The translations under genes were made by a program, and so were the position numbers. Below are positions 10,201-19,637 of a stretch of 64,000 bases of DNA, piece after piece. The stretch is from positions 1-64,000 of the IMG/VR virus record IMGVR_UViG_3300020455_000008; one strand, 5' to 3'. This DNA comes from a virus. The notes beneath the pieces were generated by a model that ran no database searches, was not told where the DNA came from, and saw nothing but the letters and a program-made list of their open reading frames with translations. Every line of letters starts with the position of its first letter. The first letter of the stretch is position 1.

Positions 10201-12150
10201 GACGCAAGCTATACAACAGATGTAACGGTCTATCCTAAGTTTGGTCGTAGGTCTTTGATTATCCCAGCTCTTGTACCTTCTAAGTTTGGAACGCACACCA
10301 CCACTAATCTTAATCCTGACATAACTGTGCCTATTACACAAAATCAACAAACAGGTGACGCTTATCCTCCGTTGGTTGGTACAGACACAGCGACTACGGT
10401 CAAAGGTCAATTAACTGTAGGGATTGAAGATGAAACACAACAGTTTACAGTAAGTAAGTCAATACTTCCTTATCCATATCATGGCTCAGAACCCGATGAC
10501 TTTGGGCTTCTCACGATTACTGCTGATGATAGTACTCAATTTACTTTTAGAAAAAATCAAATTACGTTTCCTGCTGTAGGTACAAATGGGGATGAGATAA
10601 CGCCTGGGCCTGTATTTTTACCCGCAAGTAGGTTGTATGCAGAGCAGTCGGGAGGTGATACTAAAGCTGAAGTAGGCTTTAATCCGTTCCTTACCAACTT
10701 CACTGAAACCATGTGGAATGATGTAAATGACTTAGAGGATAACTTTCCTTATGATGAAAGATTTACTCACTATCAAATGGAAGCGGGTGGAGCAAACAAC
10801 GTACCTGCTAACTTAGCTAGAGACTTTGATTCGTGGTCTGTGCCTGTTTTAAAGGCTGCTATTAATACGACTACCGTAGCAGGTATTGTAAAACTAGTAC
10901 GCACCTCTTTTACTACTGGATTAGCAGATACAACACTTAGCGCTGATTACTCAGAATTCTTTACTATGCCTACCAATGTATTTAACAACTACACAAGTGG
11001 GTATGACGCAAACCAAGTGCCTGCAATAGGGCCAGATAATCCTGTAGATACCTTATTTATGGGTGATCTCGGTACGGCACTAGGCGGATTTTCAAATAGA
11101 GAAGGTTTTATTAGTCCTTTGAACTTTGGAGTACCTATGCGTGTTAATGTAGGGGTAATGCCAAATGGAATGGTGGACTCCACAGTGAACGTAAGAGATT
11201 CTTTTGATCATGCAATTTTTTATATGAATTTTAATGAAAATATAACTCATTCGATAATAGATACCTTTAATGCTATACAAGAAATGGGTCTTCAACAGAA
11301 GTTGATGTGGAATTGCTCTTTCAGAGTTTTACATACTCGTCCAAGTGGTATGGAATCAAGTGTAACTTCTACTGCACCTAAGAGTATTACAGAGGTGTTC
11401 TTAGCGCATGATCGTACCAATGGTAATATGACTAAAATTGAGTTCCCTGCACCAAGCAATGTGCATAGAAAGCCCTTTATTCACTTAATGTCTATGCACC
11501 CCGCAACTTCAAATAATTTCCCTAATAAGGCTAAAATGAGTCACTTATACCCTATGGTCAGTGATTCTACGGGTGGGCCACATGGATCAACCCTTATAAA
11601 TGGTGATTATGCTTATACAGATAGTCAAGTTAAGACTGCTTCTATGGGTGATACGTATGCAGCAGACCCTTTTGATACAATGTTAAATGACGCTGTATTT
11701 GGTACAACCAACACGCCTATTAGAAGCACTGAGAACTTACAGAAAAATAGTGGTATTGAGATTGATCTTTTGAATGAGTTAAACACGATTCACGATACTG
11801 TGGGTCAGTATTCGCTTAATTTAACAGGAAATGTAAATTCTACACTTACTTCGATTAGCCAAACTATGCCTACTGCGAATGAGCTAACTCTGCCTGGTGA
11901 CCATGAGTTAGTCTTTGTTCTCTACACAGGGCATTATGGGGCTAAGATGTTTGATACTAATGATGAGGTAGATGTTCAATACATACCACCAGTTGCAGGC
12001 TGTCACTTAACCGCTACTCTTGAGATCAATCGTCCTTCAGAGAGAGTTAGTTCAACTGATGACAAGAACATCCACTACGGTGCGGTTATGAACACTACAA
12101 ATGATCCAATTAAAACTTATGCTATCCCTAGCACCAAATCATCTTCATAA
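7228..12150 (+). CDS. Large tail/baseplate protein with N-terminal DUF6519-type domain
   Basis: N-terminal F..DKQYTQVVFQQGKPILDVDLND and later VETTHRTQLRW; 1640 aa. Confidence 0.75.
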   Translation: MASKPNISNPNYAFNKDKQYTQVVFQQGKPILDVDLNDMSNALHAQNTSALAEKMGYGPSQIDFREWAMTAVDTKNPQDDRNKTNFAITLGRLDTYKGVIDLHELRAANVDSRVIFDYGLIVDNSETDGGDREYANYILKGSVTAGSSTTVIKDEHKNFKPDPVNENKGLRLTGYTHNETIEPYSTINPITNPSESRSTKFAKVTLSESACRLRFISGNLDGQEQLISDVADGEITVSAPFGAIPNEGSQYVILPPNTLQEYRNLYNATTSQATSTHKGLSNLPQLITYVQVFEEDVSASEDSSIQSNALGVETTHRTQLRWCVRVAKLITSQEGDNDGTNYLTDLNIEHIYTLLESNRLVEHQALADATDDKATNEEGALQTQYWRESVGATVPTAAKILKRESPYLELGLTPAHFFNSEEYTLDRLYWSFLKALLLQSSGFSFNDFVVLNAFHSETKTNAAALANDETLSEYFYPAAQTDTTASPIVHAFLSVGNSFVRATNDTNAQPARFMSPPRVFHTHADLSVDNMKSRTLHGLRGGILYGDNAPLVFNSPSAHFSFVDQMVLGMSGIGSALGETAEGYRIPSAIDYTLNNSNASVAQAGYGVGAIKMLSPISASTISTGHADGTFLTGSSSYLLRDKGNRSSHTVNATDSDLGWSLYKQENSNLTANTLSDFSIRGWDEGIAQAIAFQQGINFRKLAIKTTAHKSMDLFTISETPRQQADQHDQLVVNTSSTAFQIPVNQSQTKNGNLFLDSYSGNVLNPSNFIPANISRFDPKPLLQQYQATGGIKGFDQSSGADIKYGPWNRFDREDIGTHLDPALDDANAPTYSMDLWHNRCTAMRLRYHVGDFYPGAEDGRGVPRNELVDSLNLFVKVEPLSLAHWMTMPKHQHSILENSINFAEGIEALLKVSHGLGDTQKLVNSSGVALIQQDSPINNGEFPLYVNPTVGNSDPTNLPFEHYKQPFVHWYHPAMHKIKSPHPDDNNNPYDASYTTDVTVYPKFGRRSLIIPALVPSKFGTHTTTNLNPDITVPITQNQQTGDAYPPLVGTDTATTVKGQLTVGIEDETQQFTVSKSILPYPYHGSEPDDFGLLTITADDSTQFTFRKNQITFPAVGTNGDEITPGPVFLPASRLYAEQSGGDTKAEVGFNPFLTNFTETMWNDVNDLEDNFPYDERFTHYQMEAGGANNVPANLARDFDSWSVPVLKAAINTTTVAGIVKLVRTSFTTGLADTTLSADYSEFFTMPTNVFNNYTSGYDANQVPAIGPDNPVDTLFMGDLGTALGGFSNREGFISPLNFGVPMRVNVGVMPNGMVDSTVNVRDSFDHAIFYMNFNENITHSIIDTFNAIQEMGLQQKLMWNCSFRVLHTRPSGMESSVTSTAPKSITEVFLAHDRTNGNMTKIEFPAPSNVHRKPFIHLMSMHPATSNNFPNKAKMSHLYPMVSDSTGGPHGSTLINGDYAYTDSQVKTASMGDTYAADPFDTMLNDAVFGTTNTPIRSTENLQKNSGIEIDLLNELNTIHDTVGQYSLNLTGNVNSTLTSISQTMPTANELTLPGDHELVFVLYTGHYGAKMFDTNDEVDVQYIPPVAGCHLTATLEINRPSERVSSTDDKNIHYGAVMNTTNDPIKTYAIPSTKSSS

Positions 12151-12161
12151 GGAGTTATATT

Positions 12162-12530
12162 ATGGAAGAGATAATGAAACATATCATTAGTGAAGTCATC
12201 CCAGTCTTGGGTGCGCTTCTTACAGCTTTAGCCACATATGGTGTATCTTTATTGACTAAGCGCTTTAAGATTCAACTGAGTGAAGAGCATAAGGTGCTCA
12301 CTCGAATCGCAGTACGCAAGGCCATAAGTGGTGCTGAAGAATGGGCATATCGTAAGGGTAAGATCGAAGACCGTTCAGTGAATGGCGCAGAGAAAGCTCA
12401 GTGGGTACATAACCGAGTCAAGAAAGCCTTCCCTAACTTAGCGAGTGATGAGTTAGATCTTCTAATCGATGAAGAGTTAGGCTCGATTAAGGGCGTAGGC
12501 TCAAGTGGCGAACAAGGGCTAGACGTTTGA
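12162..12530 (+). CDS. Holin, LL-H-like
   Basis: One N-terminal TM, then AVRKAISGAEE..GAEK...LDLLIDE pattern. Confidence 0.6.
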   Translation: MEEIMKHIISEVIPVLGALLTALATYGVSLLTKRFKIQLSEEHKVLTRIAVRKAISGAEEWAYRKGKIEDRSVNGAEKAQWVHNRVKKAFPNLASDELDLLIDEELGSIKGVGSSGEQGLDV

Positions 12531-12745
12531 TTACTATACTAACTAGTATCTTCTCTACACTAATCCCTATTCTATTGAAGTATTTATCTGATAGAATAGA
12601 GACTCCGAGTGTTGAGGAGAAACAGAATGAAATCAAACAACTCTATAGAGCAAAAACAGTTACCCAAGTTGCTGTTAGTTGGAAGCGCCATGATAATGAG
12701 CTTGAGCGCTTGTTGCTTAAAGCCAAAACCAAACGTAGACGATAA
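12527..12745 (+). CDS. Membrane-anchored protein, possible i-spanin
   Basis: N-terminal hydrophobic helix and helical tail; overlaps the lipoprotein gene. Confidence 0.45.
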   Translation: MITILTSIFSTLIPILLKYLSDRIETPSVEEKQNEIKQLYRAKTVTQVAVSWKRHDNELERLLLKAKTKRRR

Positions 12746-12890
12746 CGTAATAGTTATTGAAAACAATAGTATGGTAGCTAACCCCGATGGCACATTTACT
12801 GTGTCGAAGGGTTGGATGATTAAGCGCATGGAGATGGAGCGCAAACTAGGCGAAGCTTTGAATATGTGTATAGAAGGAGAGCAAGAATGA
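12627..12890 (+). CDS. Lipoprotein, possible o-spanin
   Basis: Hydrophobic signal ending in lipobox LSAC; starts inside the preceding gene in another frame. Confidence 0.5.
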   Translation: MKSNNSIEQKQLPKLLLVGSAMIMSLSACCLKPKPNVDDNVIVIENNSMVANPDGTFTVSKGWMIKRMEMERKLGEALNMCIEGEQE

Positions 12891-13240
12891 TCTCGGGTAT
12901 CTATAACATGACGATTGAGCAAGGCTCGACTTTCAAACTAGCTTTATATTGGAAGAATAGTGCGAACCAAGCCATTTCCTTAACGAACTATACTGCCAAA
13001 ATGCAGATTAGGGCTTCAACGGGCGCAAGTGTTACTCTATTAGAGTTATCTAGTTCTGACTCGGATCAGATTCAGATCTATGGGAATCAAGGGGCAATAA
13101 ACTTAACGATTGGTTATGCCCAAACACAAAATTTACCACCCTCAGTAGCAGTTTATGACCTTGAGGTCACCTCACCAGAGGGGGTGCGAACTAAACTATT
13201 AAAAGGTCGATGTAGAATTGAGGGAGAAGTCACACGATGA
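12887..13240 (+). CDS. Tail-fibre-associated Ig/BppU-like protein
   Basis: YNMTIEQGSTF...LTNYTAKMQIR...VYDLEV...KLLKG pattern common beside phage fibre genes. Confidence 0.7.
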   Translation: MISGIYNMTIEQGSTFKLALYWKNSANQAISLTNYTAKMQIRASTGASVTLLELSSSDSDQIQIYGNQGAINLTIGYAQTQNLPPSVAVYDLEVTSPEGVRTKLLKGRCRIEGEVTR

Positions 13241-14013
13241 AAGTAGACGTATATCCAAATATAAATAATGTTGAAGTGTATGAGAATCCAATCTCTGTAC
13301 CCGTAGAGGCCACATGGGAGAAGGCTACCTTTACAGTACCTACCCCAGTCGTCAGCACTTTTGATCTTGGTCGAGAGGTTGCGACTGATCGTGATGGAGA
13401 CTTCGTTCTCCAACTGACCGTAGATGGTGTAAATAAGACATATGGTACAGACTTTACATTTTCGGGTACTGTCTTAACATGGGTGAACGCAACCCCTTTG
13501 ACTGCGGGTGCAGTGTTGATTGTTTGGTACTCTCCAAAAAGTGCATATGGTAGTGTTCCAGGGTCGGGAGAAGTTACTTCCTTAACTCACTTAAACGATG
13601 TGACCATTACGGGTAGTTTAGCGGGTCAACTCCTTGTAAAGGATGGAAATGGTCAATTTGTAAATCGTTTCCTAACTGCGGGTAGTAATGTATCAATCAC
13701 TTCTGACGCAAATGCTGTGACTCTAAGTAGTAACCCAACTCTACCTATGTCTTTATTGACTGCCAATGTAACTGCTGAGGTGCAGAAGTCGTATCTAATG
13801 AACACTTCTGCTTCGGCATTAACAGTTACGTTACCAGCTACGGCTAATCTTGGAGATACGATTCAAATATCTAGGTTTGGCGGTGAAGATCTAACAGTGG
13901 CTAGGAATGGGCACAATATTAATGGAGCAACATCGGATCTCATCATAGTGAATCTGAATAGTGTTGTTCTAAGATATGCAGATCCCACCATCGGTTGGTT
14001 TCAAGTGATATAA
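13237..14013 (+). CDS. Tail fibre-like protein
   Basis: LTHLNDVTIT repeat and C-terminal TVTLPA...GD...RNGHNING domain shared with 14457..18260. Confidence 0.7.
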   Translation: MKVDVYPNINNVEVYENPISVPVEATWEKATFTVPTPVVSTFDLGREVATDRDGDFVLQLTVDGVNKTYGTDFTFSGTVLTWVNATPLTAGAVLIVWYSPKSAYGSVPGSGEVTSLTHLNDVTITGSLAGQLLVKDGNGQFVNRFLTAGSNVSITSDANAVTLSSNPTLPMSLLTANVTAEVQKSYLMNTSASALTVTLPATANLGDTIQISRFGGEDLTVARNGHNINGATSDLIIVNLNSVVLRYADPTIGWFQVI

Positions 14014-14023
14014 TCACAACTTA

Positions 14024-14032
14024 TGTTATACT
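14024..14032 (+). promoter_or_regulatory. Extended -10 promoter element
   Basis: TGTTATACT (TGnTATACT) upstream of RBS GGAGG and ORF 14059. Confidence 0.4.
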
Positions 14033-14058
14033 ATGCGCTAAAATAATGGAGGACAGTT

Positions 14059-14445
14059 ATGCCCGCTAATAAAGTCAGTTACCCTACGCAAGAGGGTCGA
14101 TATAGAGCAGTACACGATATTACTGCAAATGCTTCTACCGATTGGACAGATATTTCTTCAGATGACTTCTACAGTATTGTATCGGGTCAAGCGATTGCTG
14201 CTGGTAAAGTCATGGTCACAATTAATATTGCAGTCGAAGGTACAGACCCTTTGTTTATTAAGTTTAGGCCAAGAACAGCCGCCAATGATAGCACCTCATA
14301 CACAGAAGGTGTGCTCAAGGTGCATAGCGGTTACCTAGACAACCCTGTAAACCTACATGGCGGGACTGTCAAAACTATCTCATACAAAAAAACTAATGCT
14401 AATACCTCCGCACAGATCATTTGCGGATTTGTTGATCTACCATAG
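14059..14445 (+). CDS. Hypothetical structural protein
   Basis: 128-aa ORF with strong RBS in the fibre region. Confidence 0.65.
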   Translation: MPANKVSYPTQEGRYRAVHDITANASTDWTDISSDDFYSIVSGQAIAAGKVMVTINIAVEGTDPLFIKFRPRTAANDSTSYTEGVLKVHSGYLDNPVNLHGGTVKTISYKKTNANTSAQIICGFVDLP

Positions 14446-14456
14446 GGAGCGCATAT

Positions 14457-17400
14457 ATGACTATTTATTTAACACCACCATCGGGCGGAGGTGCGGCAAG
14501 CGTACCTTCAGCTACCACGACTGTAGAGGGTAAAGTACGTTTAGCAACTACAACAGAAGCTCAAGACGTAAACAACGAAACCCTTGCTGTTACGCCAAAA
14601 GCTCTTAATGCACAGATCAACAGTGCGATTGTTGGCGGTATCGAATACAAAGGTTCGATTGACGCTGCTAACATACCCACTGCATTAGTTAATGCTAACC
14701 AAGGTGACTTTTATAAGATCAGTGTAGCCAATGCGAGTGTAGCGGGTACTGACTGGGATATTGGTGATAATCTTATCGTTAATACGGATATGGGTAGCAC
14801 ATTTGACGCTGCTAAAATCGATAAAATTGATAGTACAGACGCAGACTTAGCAACCGTAGCAACGAGTGGTAGTTTCGGAGACTTATTGAATGTACCAACT
14901 GCGTCTGCCACAGTTCAAGGTATTGTAGAGTTAGCTACAGATTCCGAAACAGCAACAGGTACAGATTCAGCAAGGGCAGTAACTCCTGCGGGTTTAAGCA
15001 GTGTTTTGGGTGATTACTCACAAACTTTGGAGGTGATTCCTACAACTAGTCATGTGTCCGCTACACTAAATAAGGCTTACTATATAACTGCAAGTGCAGG
15101 TGCGGCTGTCACTTTAACTTTACCATCTGTATCTTCTGCAAGTTCGGGTGACGTAGTTGTGGTGACTCGCAAAAATAGCGGTAACCTTACTATAGTCCAA
15201 AATGGAAGTGACACTGGTTCTCTTGTAAACTATGGTAGTACAGGAGGGGGTTCTACACACACTATTAGTAATAATGGGCAAGAGCTATTTATTCGATTTA
15301 ACTCTGTAGGTAGTAATTGGTTTATCTTTGAAACTGCAAACCATGCAGTCGCAACTAGTGGTGATTACACCGATCTTACGAATAAACCTACGTCAGATGA
15401 CATAACATCAGATCATACAGGCGTAAACTATACGGGTGCTCAAAATGCAAGTATCACTACACACCTATCGGGTATTGATCAAGCAATCGCTAACGCACTG
15501 GGTGGCACTTCAGACAAAATTGAAGAGGGGCAAGCTAAGGTAGAAGTTGTCGATACCGCAGGTAATGATGACGCTACTATTCAATTTTGGGCGGACCCAA
15601 ATAATGATGGCACAAGCGAAAAGATATGGGAGTTTGATAAGGATGGACATCTTATTCCCGATGTTAATGCTACCTATGATATTGGTAAAGCTGATAAGAA
15701 GGTTCGTCACCTATTCCTATCAGATAATTCTCTTCAGTTTGGTGCTTCCAACTCTAATGCAATTACAGGTACAGTAAGTGCAACGAGTACTCACCTAAAG
15801 TATAAAAGTGTAAACTTGGCTACTGAAGACTATGTAGATACTCAACTTGGTGATTATACAGAGTCTACCGCACTTGCTACAGTAGCAACGAGTGGTAGTT
15901 TTGCGGACTTATCGAACGTACCCACTGCTTCAGATTCAGCACAAGGTATCGTGGAGTTAGCAGATAATACCGAAACCGCAACGGGTACAAATTCAACAAA
16001 GGCCGTAACCCCTGCGGGTTTAACGCATAAACTAGGTGATTACACTCCTACTAGTGGTTTATCAACGGTAGCAACAAGCAACGATTATAATGATCTAGAC
16101 AATGAACCTACACTAGGTACGGCTGCTGCACTTGATCATGGTACAGGTGCTAATCAAATTGTTAAACTAGATGTTAACTCAAAACTGCCTGCTGTCGATG
16201 GTTCAGCTCTCATTAACTTACCAAGTGGTAGTAGCTTTAGTACTCGAATAGAATCGGGTGCTACTGTAACTGCGGTAGCAAATGAGTTCTTGTTCTTAAC
16301 AAATAATAGCTCTTCGGGAATAGATGTTACTTTACCAGCTAACCCAAGTGAGGGAGACTTTGTTGCACTCAGTAAACAAAGTTCAACTAACTCAAGTGCG
16401 AATGAAGATCCAACGGGTGGAACATCTGTTGTTGAGATATTTGAGGGAGCTACCAAGCTCAGAACTATAGACTTACCGAGTGGTCAAGGCACTGTCTTTA
16501 TTGTGTACGATAGCACTACCTCAGCATGGACTTTTCCTACCACTGGGTTAAATGTTGTTGAGGACTCAAATACTTTCGTAACTCCTTTTGCTACCGCCTT
16601 TGGGAATAAAGCATATATACTAACTCGTAATGGCAATGTGGAGTTTTATTGTCCACAAGCTTCTCAAGTCATAGAAGGCAGGAAGCAACGTATATATAAG
16701 GCTTATGCTGGCACATTAACTATTTTGAGTTATAACGGTTCTGCTACTGAGATTTACGATCCTTTAACCAACTCAAATGTAGCTTCATTAGTAGTTGCAG
16801 GCCATGGTTGCTTTGTCGATATTTTGAGAAACGCTAGTGGACAATATATTGTGAGTGCTCCTTTGCAGGGCGCTTTGCTCAAGGATATATCAAATGTAAA
16901 CATTACAAATATTCAAGCAAATCAGACGTTATCTTGGGATGGTACAAACAGTCAATGGATTAATAGTACAGCTTCATCGGGTGGGGCTTCACAACTCGAT
17001 GGCTTGAGTGATGTAACAATAACCTCAGCAAGCGCTGGGCAAGTTCTAAGGCACAATAACTCTAACTTTGTCAATGCTCAACTTGCATATTCTGACCTGT
17101 CGGGTACACCTACACTAGGTACGGCTGCTGAACTTGATCATGGTACAAGTGCTAACCAAATTGTTAGATTAGATGGTTCGGGTAAACTGCCCCAAGTAGA
17201 TGGTTCAGCTCTTACTAACTTACCTAGTGGTAGTAGCTTTAGCGCAAGAACTATTTCAAATAATGTAGCAATTACTGCCAACAAAAATGAGTTTATATTT
17301 TTTAAAGTCTCGGCTTGGATAACTCCGCATAATTTAACTTTGCCTTCTAATCCAAGTGATGGAGACTTTGTTGCTCTCAGTCGGCAAAGCTCGGATTTGT

Positions 17401-18260
17401 CTAGTGCAAATGAGGCCCCTCAAAATCATTCTTCTATTGTTGATATATATGAGGGTTCTACTAAACTTAGAACTATTAGTGTAGACGCAGATACGGGTAC
17501 GATATTTATCGTATATGATGGCGCTAGTGGCACTGGATGGAGGTTTCCTACTACTGGTACGGATGTTACAGAACATACAAGTCAAAGTGTCCTTAATTTT
17601 GGTTCTTTATTTGGTGCCTCCTTACAGCTTCTTACTTATAACGGGGATGTAACTTATAAGTTATATGACGCTAGTTACCTAATAGAAGGACGAAGACAAA
17701 GGCTTTACAAAACTAGACCAGGTAGTCTTACCATTGAGACTAACAATAGCTTGTCAAACATAATTTATGACCCAAATACTAATACATATGTGAATAGCGT
17801 GACGGTTGCGGGTCATGGTTGTTTTGTTGATATTTTTATAAATAAAGATAATCAATATATTGTGAGTGCTCCTTTGCAGGGCGCTTTGCTCAAGGATATA
17901 TCAAATGTAAATATTACAAATATTCAAGCAAATCAGACGTTATCTTGGGATGGTACAAATAGTCAATGGATTAATAGAACAGCGGGATGGAATTTTTCAG
18001 CTATCACATCAAATACAACTGCTCAAGCAGGCTATCATTACTCCTGTGGTGCGGGGGATGAAACATTTACAGTCACCTTGCCTAATTCAGGTGTTGTTGC
18101 AGGGCAAGAAATACGAGTAAAGAATGTAGGTACAGGGACGATTACTATAGCTAGGAATGGACATAATATTGAAGGCGCTGCTAGTAATTATACTTTAGAC
18201 GCTCAATTTAGTTCGATTACTTTGGTTTGGAATGGGTCTAACAATTGGGAGCTTGTCTAA
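14457..18260 (+). CDS. Long tail fibre protein with internal duplications
   Basis: GIVELAT/AVTP fibre repeats, ATVATSGS repeats, two ~335-aa homologous modules, C-terminal TLP...RNG domain. Confidence 0.85.
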   Translation: MTIYLTPPSGGGAASVPSATTTVEGKVRLATTTEAQDVNNETLAVTPKALNAQINSAIVGGIEYKGSIDAANIPTALVNANQGDFYKISVANASVAGTDWDIGDNLIVNTDMGSTFDAAKIDKIDSTDADLATVATSGSFGDLLNVPTASATVQGIVELATDSETATGTDSARAVTPAGLSSVLGDYSQTLEVIPTTSHVSATLNKAYYITASAGAAVTLTLPSVSSASSGDVVVVTRKNSGNLTIVQNGSDTGSLVNYGSTGGGSTHTISNNGQELFIRFNSVGSNWFIFETANHAVATSGDYTDLTNKPTSDDITSDHTGVNYTGAQNASITTHLSGIDQAIANALGGTSDKIEEGQAKVEVVDTAGNDDATIQFWADPNNDGTSEKIWEFDKDGHLIPDVNATYDIGKADKKVRHLFLSDNSLQFGASNSNAITGTVSATSTHLKYKSVNLATEDYVDTQLGDYTESTALATVATSGSFADLSNVPTASDSAQGIVELADNTETATGTNSTKAVTPAGLTHKLGDYTPTSGLSTVATSNDYNDLDNEPTLGTAAALDHGTGANQIVKLDVNSKLPAVDGSALINLPSGSSFSTRIESGATVTAVANEFLFLTNNSSSGIDVTLPANPSEGDFVALSKQSSTNSSANEDPTGGTSVVEIFEGATKLRTIDLPSGQGTVFIVYDSTTSAWTFPTTGLNVVEDSNTFVTPFATAFGNKAYILTRNGNVEFYCPQASQVIEGRKQRIYKAYAGTLTILSYNGSATEIYDPLTNSNVASLVVAGHGCFVDILRNASGQYIVSAPLQGALLKDISNVNITNIQANQTLSWDGTNSQWINSTASSGGASQLDGLSDVTITSASAGQVLRHNNSNFVNAQLAYSDLSGTPTLGTAAELDHGTSANQIVRLDGSGKLPQVDGSALTNLPSGSSFSARTISNNVAITANKNEFIFFKVSAWITPHNLTLPSNPSDGDFVALSRQSSDLSSANEAPQNHSSIVDIYEGSTKLRTISVDADTGTIFIVYDGASGTGWRFPTTGTDVTEHTSQSVLNFGSLFGASLQLLTYNGDVTYKLYDASYLIEGRRQRLYKTRPGSLTIETNNSLSNIIYDPNTNTYVNSVTVAGHGCFVDIFINKDNQYIVSAPLQGALLKDISNVNITNIQANQTLSWDGTNSQWINRTAGWNFSAITSNTTAQAGYHYSCGAGDETFTVTLPNSGVVAGQEIRVKNVGTGTITIARNGHNIEGAASNYTLDAQFSSITLVWNGSNNWELV
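16107..17977 (+). repeat. Two ~1-kb direct repeats within the fibre gene
   Basis: 16842-16966 matches 17853-17977 (125 bp, 2 mismatches); 16107-16165 is similar to 17109-17167. Confidence 0.9.
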
Positions 18261-18298
18261 GTTCGTTAACAAAATTTACAGACTAGGAGTCTATTTAA

Positions 18299-19159
18299 AT
18301 GAGTCACAATACAGTAAAAATAGGAACTTCTTCCCCTAACGCAACGGGATCAATTTCTCCATCTTTAAGCGACTTGTCACTTGGGTCAGCCGCTTCCTCC
18401 GATACTACTGACTTTTTACAGGTATCAAATAACTTAAGTGATGTAACGGCAGCCACCGCTAGGGGTAACCTCGGCCTTGGCTCTGCGGCCGAAAGTGCCA
18501 CTACTGACTTTTTAAGTGCTACGGGGCCTATTGCACTAGGTGGAAACTTAGATGTTGGGTCTAGTGATATAACTTCAAGTTCTAATGCCAATATTGAATT
18601 TGCTCCGCATGGCAATGGAAAAGTGACTATCAAGGGTAATACGGGTGGCAGTGGTCAAATTGTTCTCAATTGCGAGGACAACTCTCATGGAGTCACCCTA
18701 AAAGGGCCGCCACATTCAGCAAGTGCAACCTATACACTTACACTTCCTAATGCATTAGGAAGTGCTGATGATGTGTTGAAAACTGACGCTTCGGGCAATT
18801 TATCGTGGACTGCTCAAAGTAGTGGTGGTGGTGGAGGATCAGCACCTGTCGTTTCAGAGCAAAATAGCGCTGCAACTCTATCTGCGCCCGCTTCTAGTGG
18901 AATACTCGAACAAATTTACACGATAAGCAGCTCAAGTGCTGTAACGCTAACTTTACCTTCTGCAACATCAACAAATATGGGTGAGGGGTTTAAATACCAG
19001 TTCAAGCGGCTAGGTACAGGCGCTGTGACTATCCAATGTGCTACTAATGAGTTCATCGACCATAGTGCACAGACAAACTTCTCCATTGGTGCTCAATACG
19101 ACTCGATCACTCTAGTAGCAAATGGAACTAGTCCAAACGCTTCTTGGTTATTAATTTAG
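18299..19159 (+). CDS. Tail fibre-like protein
   Basis: NNLSDV..ATARGNLGLG, LNCEDNSHGV.LKGPPHS, YTLTLP, LKTDASGNLSW motifs. Confidence 0.8.
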   Translation: MSHNTVKIGTSSPNATGSISPSLSDLSLGSAASSDTTDFLQVSNNLSDVTAATARGNLGLGSAAESATTDFLSATGPIALGGNLDVGSSDITSSSNANIEFAPHGNGKVTIKGNTGGSGQIVLNCEDNSHGVTLKGPPHSASATYTLTLPNALGSADDVLKTDASGNLSWTAQSSGGGGGSAPVVSEQNSAATLSAPASSGILEQIYTISSSSAVTLTLPSATSTNMGEGFKYQFKRLGTGAVTIQCATNEFIDHSAQTNFSIGAQYDSITLVANGTSPNASWLLI

Positions 19160-19169
19160 GGGGTTATTT

Positions 19170-19637
19170 ATGTCGTATGTAGCACCCGATACAACAACAG
19201 GTTTTAGCACTAAAAGACTTCAAATTGCTGAGGTGGCAATTAGTGGACAGCCCACCGTTAATAATTATTTTACATGGCACAGTGTCGTTGCGGACTGTTT
19301 TGACGCTAGTCCAAACATTGATCCAAACGACAGTACCATCCTCATTTTAGACGCTGGTCACTACCTGGGGCGGGTTACACTAGCTATAACTAGGAGTGGC
19401 TATACTACATATGAGAACTATCAGTTTAAACTAGAAGCTGATGGAAGTCTGGTGGGCAGAAGGGGGCAAACATCGTGGCATGATAGTCACACAGCGGATT
19501 TTGCCGAGGCGGACTTTAGCAGCGGGCAGACCATACGTCTAAAGCTTAAATGTATAGATTACTTAAACAACTACCCTAGTTTATTAACGAATGGGGTCAA
19601 CGAATCAAGGTTATACTTATGGAGATCTGAACTATGA
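19170..19637 (+). CDS. Small fibre-associated protein (MSY paralogue 1)
   Basis: Starts MSYV; LILDAGHY; ends RLYLWRSEL. Confidence 0.65.
   Translation: MSYVAPDTTTGFSTKRLQIAEVAISGQPTVNNYFTWHSVVADCFDASPNIDPNDSTILILDAGHYLGRVTLAITRSGYTTYENYQFKLEADGSLVGRRGQTSWHDSHTADFAEADFSSGQTIRLKLKCIDYLNNYPSLLTNGVNESRLYLWRSEL

Noticed and set aside
16107-17977. Diversity-generating retroelement TR/VR pair
   Set aside because: Both copies are in frame within one gene, mismatches are not adenine-specific, and no reverse transcriptase is in the window
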